From Felis catus (taxonomy: Eukaryota), in assembly GCF_018350175.1 (NCBI RefSeq), contig NC_058383.1, positions 21,702,001 through 21,766,000 of the forward strand: a stretch of 64,000 nt of DNA. Direction: 5' to 3'. A program made the position numbers and the translations under genes. This document shows, in pieces, positions 53,383 to 64,000 of this stretch. Position 1 is the stretch's first letter, and each line of letters opens with the position of its first letter. The notes below the pieces were generated by a model, which saw only the letters and a program-made list of their open reading frames with translations, had not been told where the DNA came from and made no database searches.

Positions 53383-53511
53383 CTGTTAAATGTTTTCATA
53401 CATCCCAAGGTTTTATTTTTTACTCATTGATAATCTATTAGTTTACTTTTTAAAAAATCTACATATGTGTGGCTGGAATGTCTTCAAGACTGAGTAGATG
53501 TTTCAACCACT

Positions 53512-53712
53512 ACAGATGGCCCCTGATTTACGATGGTTCGACTCAGATTTTTCGACTTTTCGTTGGTGTGAAAGCAATATGCGTTCGGTAGAAACTGTAC
53601 TTCAGATTTTGAATTTGGATCTTTTCCCTGGCTAGGGATATACAGTACGATCCTCTTTTAACGATGCTGGGACAGTGGCAGTCAGCCGGAGTTCCTGGTT
53701 GGCCACATGATT
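53512..53712. mobile_element. MER47/Tigger5-like fragment
   Basis: tacagatg...ttacgatggttcgact...ttttcgacttt. Confidence 0.65.
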
Positions 53713-54125
53713 ACTTTAAGACTTGCAGGCTTGTTAAGTCCAATGTTGAAAGTAAAATTTGGACTCGGTGCTTTTAAGACATACTCTTGATGCTATTGTT
53801 AATGTTGATGTTGTTATTGATAATTGCAGATATTTTGATGCTACAAAAATTATAGGCTCCCGACTCCCCTCCCTAGGCTGCACCCAGAAATATGTTTCAA
53901 ATGGTATCTGATGCCAGACTCTGAGAATGTAGTCTAAAGGGGTTGCCATGTAAACCGCACAAAGGCGGGAACTTTTGTCTGCTTTCATTCACAACCGCGT
54001 TTCTTTAGCCACTGACAGTCACATTGTTGTCTCACAAAAATCTCTCTTGAAGGAATAGTTGAAGGGTTGTTTCACTGCTTGGGCCGGTGGGAATTCTCAC
54101 ACCGTGCCAGAACCTGCTTCCTTAC

Positions 54126-54171
54126 CTTTGCTGAGTACATGGTCCCTTACAAAGGGAAGCTTCTGGTATCT
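54126..54171 (-). pseudogene. Ghost exon RYQKLPFVRDHVLSK (46 nt), phase-compatible with a segment starting at 53840 (ASKYLQLSITTSTL...)
   Basis: ccttag|AGATAC...CAAAG|gtaagg; the next acceptor is atttttgtag| at 53841-53842. Confidence 0.45.
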
Positions 54172-54459
54172 CTAAGGTGAGCAGTAGAGCAGGGTTCTGG
54201 AACACAGGCTTTGAAGCCAGGTGGCTCAGATCAGAGTTCACTTCTGACACCTTATAGCTATGTGACCTTAGGCAAGTGACTCAACCTTTCTTTTCTACTT
54301 TCCCTCACACCTACTATGAAGAATTTCATACATACAGAGAAGTTGAGAGAATAGTACTACGATGAACCATGTGACATACTACTGACAACCCAATGAGGAA
54401 CCACCAAGTTTCGATAATTATTCACATTTTGCTATATTTGCTCTATATTTGTGTGTATA

Positions 54460-55105
54460 AGTGTGATATCATAACAAAAATCAAAATTTGGTCTTGTCCC
54501 AGGTTCCTGGCACATAGCTCCTAAAAACCCCTGGATCCCTAGGAGTGGTAAGAGCGTCTTTTGTATGATAATGAATGACTGGTGACTCGCTGTCCCTAGG
54601 TAGCTTCAGGATGGGGGCTGGTCACCAGAAAGACCAAGGCACAATTAAGTGGTTGGAACTTTCAACCCCCCTACCCCCCACATCTGGGGAGGGAAGAGAG
54701 GTTGGAGATTTGAGTAGGTCGCCAATGGTCAATGATTTCATCAATCCTGCCTATGTGATATGAGACTTCCATAAGAGCCTCCAAATAACAGGGATTAGCG
54801 AGCACATGGAGAGGCTGGGAGGGCAGTGTGCCCAGCCCAGATAGGGCATGGAAGCTCTATGCCCTTCTCCCCTGCCCTGTGCATCTTCCCCATTTGGCTG
54901 TTCCTGAGTGGTAGCCTTCATAATAAACCAGTGAATATACGTAAAATGCTTTCCTGAGGGGACTGTGGGCTGGTATCTCAAGTGGGGCAGTTTTGTGGGA
55001 CCAACCCCTTAACCTGTGGGGTCTGAGCTAACTCTGGGTAGTGTCACAGTTGAATTGTAAGACCCCAGTTGGAGTCCAGAGAATCAGAGAACTGATTGAA
55101 ACCGT
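54460..55105 (+). mobile_element. MER21-like LTR
   Basis: tgtgatat...ccctaggtagcttcaggatgggggctggtcaccagaaagaccaaggc. Confidence 0.8.
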
Positions 55106-56156
55106 CACAGGGGGCGCCTGGGTGGATCAGTCAGTTGAGCGTCCAACTCTTGATTTCGGCTCAGGTGGTGATCCCAGGGGTCATGGAATCGAGCCCTGCG
55201 TTGGGCTCCGTGCTGAGTGTGGAGCCTGCTTGGGATTCTCTCTCTCTTTTCCTCTGCTCCCCTTCCCCATTTGTGCTATCTCTCTCTCTCTCTCGGATAA
55301 AATTTTAAAAATTAAAAAAAAAAAAAAAAGAAAACATCACAGAGTATGTATATGTACAAGTAAATTATAGGCATCATGAGACTTGTTCCCTAAATATTTC
55401 CGCCTATATCCACCTAAAAATAAGTACGTTCTCCTACATAGCATAAGACTAATATCACACTTAATAAAAATTCACAGTGATTCCTAATGTCATCTAATAC
55501 ACAGCCCATATTAAAGTCCCACCAAATGTCCCTCAAACGTCTTTTATACAGCTTTTATTTTCCATATCAGGATTCCACGTAGGATCACAAATTGCATTTG
55601 GTTCTTAGTCTCTTTACTCTTGTTTTTTTCTGGGAGATATCCCTACCCTTTCATAAATGACACCAATATTTTTGAAGAGTCCAGGCCAGTGGTCCCGTAG
55701 AATGGCCCACATTTTGGATTTGTGGGATCGTTCTTCCTCGGGGTGTGATACTTAACTTTTCTACGTCTTAGATCCCCACCTGTGAACTGGATGTAGGAAC
55801 AGTAGCTACCACCTGGCCAGTACCTGCTACCGTGCAGCTGATGTGAGGATTATGTGCAATAATGCTTGCAAAGTGCTTCGTAGGGTGTCTGGCATACAGC
55901 AAGTGCTCAGTCAATGAGCTGTTGTCATCCTCCTGGTCAACGTCCTTGTCCTCACCTGCATCATCACCACCACCATGGTCAGTGCCCCGGGCTCCAAGCT
56001 GCTTCCACATGTGAACTGTTTTGATTCTTTCCTCACCTTTCTGGGGGTATTCCGTGCTCACTTTGGCTTCGTCCCTTCCGTCCAGGAGAACTTAACTGAG
56101 GAATCCTAAACCGAAGGAATCTCTTAGCCCCTCCAAGGACTGGTGTTTCCCCTTAC

Positions 56157-56477
56157 CCATTCTCCTGAGGACACCCTCTTTTTCCAGTATCGCTGTCTTA
56201 TTACACCAAGCGGCTCAGACAAGAGTGAGGCATTAGCCGGTGTAACGCCCAACCAAGGAGGAAGGGGGTGCTTCGTCATCGTTGGCCCCAGTGGTGACCT
56301 TGGTGCTGAGGTTGTTGGTGCCGCAGATGCAGCAGTGGGCAGCACCGATGGAGGGATGCTGGGGAAAGGAGATTGGCTGGCGAGGAAGGTGAGGAATGTG
56401 CTGCCAGAAGACTGGGCTCAGAGCCAAATGCTAATTACGATGGCCCGGAGGGTGCTGGTACCCGCTGTCAGCGTCAT
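56157..56477 (-). pseudogene. Ghost exon of 107 codons with one TGA (MTLTAGTSTLRAIVISIWL*AQSSGSTF...KKRVSSGEW)
   Basis: Long pyrimidine tract ending cttccttag; donor TGG|gtaagg; length 321 nt. Confidence 0.55.
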
Positions 56478-56634
56478 CTAAGGAAGTGAGGGGCGGGGGG
56501 GGGGGCGCTGGTGGGAGTGGGGGAGATGACAGGAACAGAAAAGGTGAGAGGGACTGACAGGTTGGAGAAATCCACTTGTTCCCCTAGGGTCCACCCTCCC
56601 TTCAGACCCAAGCTGTCTGGGAGAAATTGTGGCT

Positions 56635-56648
56635 GTCGCCATGGCAAC
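56635..56648. promoter_or_regulatory. Near-perfect RFX X-box GTCGCCATGGCAAC
   Basis: One mismatch to the palindrome GTTGCCATGGCAAC. Confidence 0.5.
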
Positions 56649-58529
56649 AGCCAGCAGCTGAGACGTGATGCACAGTGTCTTTATTAGAGAACCTCGGTCA
56701 AGCTTGTGCCAGTACTTTTCCATCTGAATCTCATTTCTTCAGTGAAACGGGAGACCAGTGAAGCTGGAGATGGCACGGATGGGGCTGGGGGTGTTTGGAG
56801 ACGGACTAGAGACTGGAGGGTTCTCAAATAGTCCACCAAAACTCTGGGGATCCTAGTAGTAGGCTGAAGAGAAGCAGATTTTTTTTTTTTTACATTGCCT
56901 CGGTAAGACATAATTTAAATATTCAAATTGCTTCAGAATTCCTTTAAATTATACACGAATTGCTGAAGCAGCATTTCCGTTGCCTTTGGAAGGGTACAAA
57001 GCATCGCGTTCCGGAGACCCTTGCGGGAGATGTTGTCTCTGGCCGTGAAGAGCACGAACCTGGGAGTCACAGTGACCTTAGACTCGCAGCTCTGTTATTT
57101 CCCAGCCAATTATCTGAGCTCGTCAAGCCTCCATGTCTCATCTGTAAAACGGAGGTCGGAAGAGTAGCTTGCGGGGTTGCGATGAGAACAAACAAGCAGA
57201 CGCATGGAGAACTCGGTCCAACACTCGACCCACATTAGGTGTTCAGTACACGGTTCCTGCCAGTAGTACCGCAACCATCTCTGCTATTGCCACTTACAAC
57301 AGCCACTCCTCCTGTTACTACGACCTGTTACTACAGTCACGACTCTCGGTACTTTCTTCCCCTCTTCTCCTACCACCGCCGCGAGGAGAATGCAGTTGGG
57401 CTGAGTACGGGATTATGAACCACTGGCTACTCCCTCGTCTCCCACGGACGGTACTGGAGTGCGGAATCGGCCAGCACCTTCGTGAGGAGCTGGTGTCAGA
57501 GACAGGGAACACCTGCTCCCTGCCCTCACAGACTGTGAATCCAGCGTTAGACAAAGGCGTGACTCCAACAAGAACTTGGGGAGCCTATTAGCACCGTGGG
57601 ATTTTTATTAGAGGAGCTCGTAGAGCTGATCCATTTCAGGATTTTCCTTTCCCGAACCTATCACGCTCCTTCCCCCTCTATTTTTGTCCTGTCTGAGCAA
57701 TCGCCCACATTGATATTTATTTAAGGTTTTTCCCCTCCAAATTGGTTCCTTTTTTTACAGGCCAAATAAAAGCGGTTTGGAAGGAGACTTTACAGCACCA
57801 TGAAAAATGTAAAACTAGTATCTTTTGCCATGAAGGAAAGTAACTGTAAAAATAAAAATGATGGAAACAATTCAGTGCTAATATTTTTTTCCTACTGAAA
57901 GGTCCGAGACCCAGGCTCACTTTCTGCCTATTAAAAAAAAAAAAAAAAAAAAAGGAGGCTGGCAAGGACTCCTGGGATGTTAAAGACGCACCAGCACCAA
58001 AAGGAAACTCCCCTGTGTGATGAGAAGTAATGAAAAACAGAAGGGGAGGTGACTTTCTCATGGCATCGTTCAGGATATCCAGTGCTCCCTGCGTGTGCTA
58101 CCTAAAGTCACCGCTGACCTTAGAGAAGGACGGGGGGAGGGCCGGGGCAAGAGACAGGCGCTAGAGCCGACTGCGTATCGGCCGCCTCTAAGAGTTCAGG
58201 CCACCAAGGAGACAGGTGGCTGTCCCAGGTGGAAAGAACAGCATCAGCGAAAACATGGAGGCACGGGTCGGGAAGAGGTACCTTCAGGCAGCTTGAAGTT
58301 GTTCGGTCAGCGATGGGAGGAGGGACAGACCAACAAGGTCTGGGAAGGAAAGTGCGACCCCTGAAGTATATCACAGAGCAGAATGACAAGCCAGTAACCA
58401 CAGCTATTGTATAGAAGCACCAATTGTGCACGAGGCACTGAGCCTACACAGCTCGGAGGTAGCCAAGACTCCCCCTGTTTCCCCCGCGGAGAAAATAGAG
58501 GCTTTGCGAGGTTAAGAAGCTTGCTCAAA

Positions 58530-58990
58530 TGTGGTAGATGACAGAAATGACCGCCTGTTCTCCATCCCTCCCTGTGTCTGTCACCTTGCAAATGACTTTG
58601 CAGCTCTTCCCACCAAGAGAGGAATCTGGCTTTGTGATCTTCTTAGATCAAAGGAATGCAGGGGAAGGGATGAAGGGCCAAGGCCATGAATGTTTCCAGT
58701 TGTGCTTTTGGAACCCTGACGTCACCACGCATACAAGGCCTCGCTAGCCTTCTGCAGAACCAGAGGCCAGGTGGAGAGGAATCTATCCTGGCTAAGACCC
58801 AGGCATGTGATGGAGCCTGGTATCAGCAAAGTCACTTCTCCAATGTGCAGCTGACCCCATACACATGCGGGAGCCCAGACGAGCCCAGCACAACCCCCCA
58901 GCTGACCGCGGACTCATGAGCTATAAAGTGGTGTTACTTTCAGCCATTTTTTTAGACTGGCTTTGGTAGGTAAAAGCTAACTAAGAAACC
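58530..58990 (+). mobile_element. MaLR-like LTR remnant
   Basis: tgtggtag start, atgactttgcagctcttcccaccaagag, and a terminal gctaactaa motif. Confidence 0.55.
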
Positions 58991-59334
58991 AAGATAAGTC
59001 GGTGAAAAATGACACAGCTAGGATTCGTTCCCAGGCTGTGCTCTTTTTTTTCTTTTCTCTCCCCACCACCCCCCCCCCCCCGGCCTGTCCTTTAAACACC
59101 ATTTTTCAGAAACACTCAGAAAATTTCCCATTTACATTGGTGTGCATCTTCTCTGCAAGACAACTGCTCGTAACTTTCCACTGATCGTGGGCCACACGTC
59201 AGCTGCCTCCACCAGCACCTCTCACGGATTTGACTGATGAGCTAGCAGAGCATGGACAGAGGAGGGGCAGAGAGAGATCAGTCCCCCCAAGAAAATTTTC
59301 TGCAAGTGCCACCTTCAATAATTCTTTTATGGCT

Positions 59335-59830
59335 GCAGTTCTCAGCCAGAAGTGATTTCGACCCCCACCCCCCCAGGCGACACTGGCAGTGTTTTGGAGG
59401 CATTTTTTATTGTCACAACTGGGGAAGCAGGGTCCTACTGGCAAATAGGTAGAGGCCAAGGGGAGCTGCTACATGTCATCCTACAGGGTACAAGACACCC
59501 CCTCCCCCACAACAGAATTATTGGGCCAAAATATCAATAATGGTGAGGCTGAGAAGCCCTTTTTGAAGGTATTGTGTCAACAAGATGGCCACAGATGCTT
59601 TTGAGCAGTGAATCTCAACACTGTCTATGCATTAGATTCATCCACGGAATTAAAAAAATACCAATGAATAAATAAACGTTGAAAAAACGTTGAAAAAAAA
59701 ATTAAAAAAAAAAAATACCAATGCCCAGCCAGCCTCGATTCCCAGAGACTCTGACTCATTTGGGGCGGGACCATTTAAAAAATTCTTTCCACGTGACTGG
59801 AATGTATGGCCAGGGCTGAAAGCCACTACT
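59335..59830. mobile_element. MER20-like and MER5-like hAT fragments
   Basis: ttttattgtcacaactgggg...caacagaattattt and cagtgaatctcaac...cagagactctgactcatt. Confidence 0.65.
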
Positions 59831-59977
59831 TGAGAAAAAGTACTATGACAATGAGTCATCCAAAGAAGACAGTGAAATGATGCTTCAGAAAATATGTTTG
59901 CCCCCTTCTCCTCGTCCAAACAGCCTCTCCACCCAAGCCCTGCCCCCTGCGCAATCGCCCCTAGTCCCGTGGCTTAC

Positions 59978-61432
59978 CCTCCCCTGCTCTCTGTGGTCTC
60001 CACTCCTGTTCTTTACCATTCTTGCCCCAGACACTTTTTCTCTGATGCAGAACTACCTCCTCAGAGATTTTCAGGAGATCTTCATTTACAGAAAGCATTT
60101 TAGGACTTATTATTATAGGCTTTTCTTGAAGGTTTGGGGATTATCAGCAGGTCACTGCCCACAAGAGTCTTCTGACCTCTCCCTGTTTTCATTCATCCCT
60201 TTTTTCTCTTTTCTTTTTTTAATGTTTACTTACTTTTGAGAGAGAGAGAGAGCATGCGCCAGAGTGGGGGGTGGGGGGCAGAGAGAGAGAGGTGGGGGTG
60301 GGGGGGACAGGGAATCTGAGGCAGGCTCTGCGCTGACAGCAGAGAGACAGATGCAGGGCTCGAACTCACAAACAGTGAGATCATGACGTGAGCTGAAGTT
60401 GGACGCTTAACCCACTGAGCCACCCAGGTGCCCCTTCATGTATCCCTCCCTCTGTGCCCTATGGAGTTAACTCAGCAGGCTTGAGATGGTCAAACCCTGC
60501 ACATTTCATAAGACGGTTTTGGTTGACCTCTAAGCCTTTGGAATAACCCGCGTGAGAAGAGTGTCTTTGTACCTGGGGCTTGGGCCCTGCCGGATAGTTT
60601 CTGTCACGTGTGATTTGTGGTGGGGACTTTGGGCCGTGCTCTATCAGTGAGACTTCTGGACAGGCTGGAGGGAGGGCAATTAGGACCAGTCACACAGTCC
60701 TCACATGACTGACGTCCAGGAAAGACCACAGACACCAAGGCTCAGGTGAGCCTCCCTGGATGATGGCATTCTGTGACTGGTCACACATCACTGTTGGGAG
60801 AATCAAGTGTTGCCTATATGATCCCATTTGGAGATGCAACTAGAAGCCAGTGCCTGGACTCTGCCCAGTGCAGTTTTTCCCTTTGCTGGCTTAATCTGTA
60901 CCCTTTCATAGAACAAACTGTGGGGACAACTGGGTGGCTCAGTCAGTAAGGCGTCCAACTCTTGATTTCGGCTTAGGTCATGATCTCATGGTGAGTTTGA
61001 GTCCCGCATTGGGCTCCGCTCAGGATTCTCTCTCCCTCTCTCTCTCTCCCCTCTCTCTCTGCCTCTCCTCTGCTCGCTGTCTCTCTCTCTCTCAAAATAA
61101 AGAAAAAAACTTAAAAAAAAAACCCTTTAACTGTGACTATAACAGCTCTTCTGAGTTCTATCAGTCCTTCTAGAAAACCATCAAACCTGAGAGTGGTCTT
61201 GGGAAACCCCGACATTTCTTCCCACTCCTCCCTTTCCACTTCTGGAATAAACCAGAAGATTCTTCTGCCTGTCTCTTGCAAGGCAGTTCTGACCACATTC
61301 AACTCATTTGTATTTCATACTCTCTTCTAAGCAGTTTATCAAGAAATTTCTCTCAAATAAACTCCGTGCTCGCCATGGGCGTGAAGTTGGTAGAAATAAT
61401 TTTCTTTAGCTTATCTACTTTTGCAAACACTC
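59978..61432 (-). pseudogene. Ghost exon (G)VFAKVDKLKKIISTNF...RIFWFIPEVEREEWEE...LSVNEDLLKISEEVVLHQRKSVWGKNGKEQEW..., split by an LTR and SINEs
   Basis: Acceptor cttcctag|GAGTG is phase 1, matching the previous exon. Donor GAGG|gtaagc. Contains stops and frameshifts. Confidence 0.5.
60460..61213 (+). mobile_element. MER77-like LTR with nested SINE (60921-61122)
   Basis: gagttaactcagcaggc...gagtggtcttgggaaaccccgaca. Confidence 0.72.
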
Positions 61433-61467
61433 CTAGGAAGCATGTGTGGGTGTGTGTGCATGCGCCG

Positions 61468-61468
61468 T

Positions 61469-61510
<42 letters not shown>
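61468..61510 (+). repeat. (CA)n microsatellite
   Basis: Read directly from the sequence. Confidence 0.95.
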
Positions 61511-61512
<2 letters not shown>

Positions 61513-61764
61513 AGAGCTCTCCTACCTTTTTTTTTAATTAAAGAAAAAAACTTTTAATGCTTTATTCTATTTTTTGAGAGACAGAACGTGAGCATGGGAG
61601 GGGCAGGGAGAGGAGACACAGAATCCTAAGCAGGGCCCAGGCTCTGAGCTGTCTGCACAGAGCCTGATGCGGGGCTCGAACCCACAAACAGCGAGATCGT
61701 GACCTGAGCCGAAGTCAGACGCTCAACCGAGTGAGCCACCCAGGCGCCCCCAGAGCTGGCTTAC

Positions 61765-61834
61765 CTTTATCTGAACCAGGACTAGGAATTACTTTACTGC
61801 CAGAATCTAGGCAGTATTTCCACTTACTGTAAGG
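61765..61834 (-). pseudogene. Ghost exon PYSKWKYCLDSGSKVIPSPGSDK(G); the same frame extends upstream to ~62230 with two stops
   Basis: ttttcgtcttctttccccag|...GATAAAG|gtaagc; 70 nt, phase 0 to 1. Confidence 0.6.
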
Positions 61835-63379
61835 CTGGGGAAAGAAGACGAAAACACACCAGGGCAGCACTCTCAGGCCGTCTCTCTCAAACAAGGTAAG
61901 TAAGGCCTCTTCACTGCCCTTCACGGTAACCAATGGCTGCATATGCTTCTGTATGTGGCTGTACAGTAATTTGCTAACCAGTCCTCAATTGTTGAATAAC
62001 TGCGTTCCCACCATCTTTGCTTTTCCAAGTAAAGCACCACTGCAGATTCTTGCACAGGGAGCATGTGGCTCTGCTATAATTATTATCTTAACATCAATTT
62101 CTACACATGGGATTTCAGAATTAAAGAGCTCAGATGTTTTCAAGATGACATCTTTTGGGGACCGTATCAATGAACAGTTCCACCAGCTCTATGTAGACAT
62201 GATCATTTCCCTGCTTCCTTCTCACACTGGGCATTAAATATGGGCTCCATTCATTAATTAACCACTCTGTCAATAAGAGGATGGTTAGCTAAATTACAGT
62301 ACATCTATACTTCAGAGTATTATGCTGCAAAGAACAAGGGATCTCTGGGACATAAAGGTGGAGAGAAACAAAAAGATAGATGTTTCCTCTTCCAGTATAA
62401 TGAAATGAACAAAAAACTGACAAAATCTAGATTAAAAAAAAAAAAACACCAAGAACATTTAGAAGAAGAGAAGGAGGTTTATGACCCCACGTTATGGCTT
62501 TAAAGTGCCAATGGAGGAAATAGAGAAGCTTCATTGAAACAATGGGCAGCTTCCGCCCTGTTTCCCCAGAAGAGGGGTTGAGGAATGGGTAGAAGGTAAA
62601 GCTGAAAATCCTGAAAACTCTGAGGAATATCCCCAATTTGGAGAGGGGCCAACTGAGGGATGAGCCCCAGCCAGGAGAGAAGGCTCTCCCGACCCACTGG
62701 AGGCGAAACCCTTGCCTTCACTTTACTGTTCTACCAGAGTGCCGGAAAAGAGCCAGGGGCCGGCAGTGTTTTTCCCAGACGGCAGGAAAGCAGGAAAGGA
62801 GGTTAGATTGCTTTCAACCCCTTCACTCTAACCATCCTCCGTCATAAAAGGGATTGGACAGAAGAGGAGACAATAAAGAAAGTAAATCAGGGGCGCCTGG
62901 GTGGCTCAGTCGGTTAAGCGGCTCAGGTCATGATCTCACGGTGTGTGGGTTCGCGTGGGGCTCTTGTGCTGACAGCTCAGAGCCCAGAACCTGCTTCGGA
63001 TTCTGTGTCTCCCTCTCTCTCTGCCCTTCTCCTGCTTGCGCCTTGTCTCTCTCTCTCTCTCTCAAAACTAAATAAACATTAAAACAAAATTTAAAGAAAA
63101 TGAATCAGGTAAGTCTCCCGAGTGCAGGTGTGGCAGGAGGGGGTGCATGGTGGCTGTCCCTAACCCCCACTTTTGGTAAGGAGGGGACGTTGTGGGATTT
63201 CTGGAAGAGCTGGGTGAGACATTTCCTAACACGGATAAATGAGGAAGCAGGGGTTTACAATATTATCTAAAAGTATAAAGGCAAGCTAAAGTTATAAAGC
63301 TAATTACCAGAAACACACAGGTACCAAGTGAGGCGAAGCAAAGCAAACATAATGCGGGCATCAAATTGGAGAAAACCGA

Positions 63380-64000
63380 AGAAATGTTAAGAACAGAAAA
63401 TAGAAGATGAGAGAATTGAGAGAAAGCATCTCTTATTTCAATCAGCATAGGTGGGACTTTCTGCTTTTTTAAAGAAGTGATTGAAAGAGAAAGCCTTTCA
63501 GATTGGGTCAAAAAAGCAAAACCTGACTTTTGGTTGAACACCAAAGAATACGTGGAAGTTTCTCAGGAAGGTTGAGATGGATGAACAAAGACATGTCAGG
63601 TGAAGTTAACAAAAAGAAAGCGAGGTTCATGACATTCGTGTCAGACAAAATCAAACCCAAGCGTCACTGAAGACCACCGGGGCGATTTTATAACCCAGGG
63701 CACACACGCTACACAATTAGGCTAAAATTGCAATGATTGAGGAAATAACCGAAAACAACATCAAAATGACCAGAGCATCAAACTCCAACACACACAGAGG
63801 ACTAACAGACCGAACTGCTGCTCATCTCTCCCATGATAGATAGGGACATCAAGAATACCCTGAACACCTGAATATATATTCAATAAGGTTGGTTTTCTCA
63901 TGTTGTATCAAATGCTATCCACTGATGAGAGAAGGAGACACCTTTCCATGTGCCTGTGGAATTTTTACAATAACGGACTATATATTGGACCACAAAGAAA
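63380..64000 (+). mobile_element. Old L1 ORF2 endonuclease-region remnant
   Basis: tcagattgggtcaaaaaagcaaaac, tcagacaaaatc and atatattggaccacaaagaaa. Confidence 0.6.

Larger units (their letters stand above)
19100..62230 (-). pseudogene. Candidate decayed multi-exon protein-coding gene (unitary pseudogene, possibly two adjacent genes); product unrecognised
   Basis: Chain of exon-like unique segments with splice signals, phase compatibility and frames that continue across SINE insertions. Individual segments are listed below. Confidence 0.6.

Noticed and set aside
56037..56105. Possible extra exon (tttag|GATTCC...AGAAAG|gtgagg)
   Set aside because: It would need a 51-nt intron after the 56157 donor, which is too short. 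It may be an alternative end of the preceding exon but cannot be resolved.
1..64000. CRISPR arrays, operons, rRNA or other prokaryote-type systems
   Set aside because: Mammalian DNA; no regularly spaced direct-repeat arrays or RNA genes were seen.

Overview
Mammalian genomic DNA, almost certainly felid, judged from the abundant tRNA-derived Can-SINEs including young SINEC_Fc-type copies. The one intact gene is the 5' end of TNRC6A (GW182/TNGW1) on the minus strand. It has a CpG-island promoter at ~16.1-17.1 kb, exon 1 (ATGAG|GT) and the 48-nt exon 2, together encoding MRELEAKATKDVERNLS(R). Positions 1-16020 are TNRC6A intron 2. The ~45 kb upstream is mostly SINE/LINE/LTR/DNA-transposon debris. 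The unique islands between the repeats, read on the minus strand, look like a chain of about 20-25 exon-like segments (~62.2 kb to ~19.1 kb). They show AG/GT splice signals, frequently compatible intron phases, and reading frames that rejoin once inserted SINEs are removed, but carry scattered stops and frameshifts. I interpret this as a large decayed multi-exon gene (candidate unitary pseudogene) lying tandem-upstream of TNRC6A; I do not recognise the protein. All reconstruction was done by eye. Repeat coordinates and family names are approximate.
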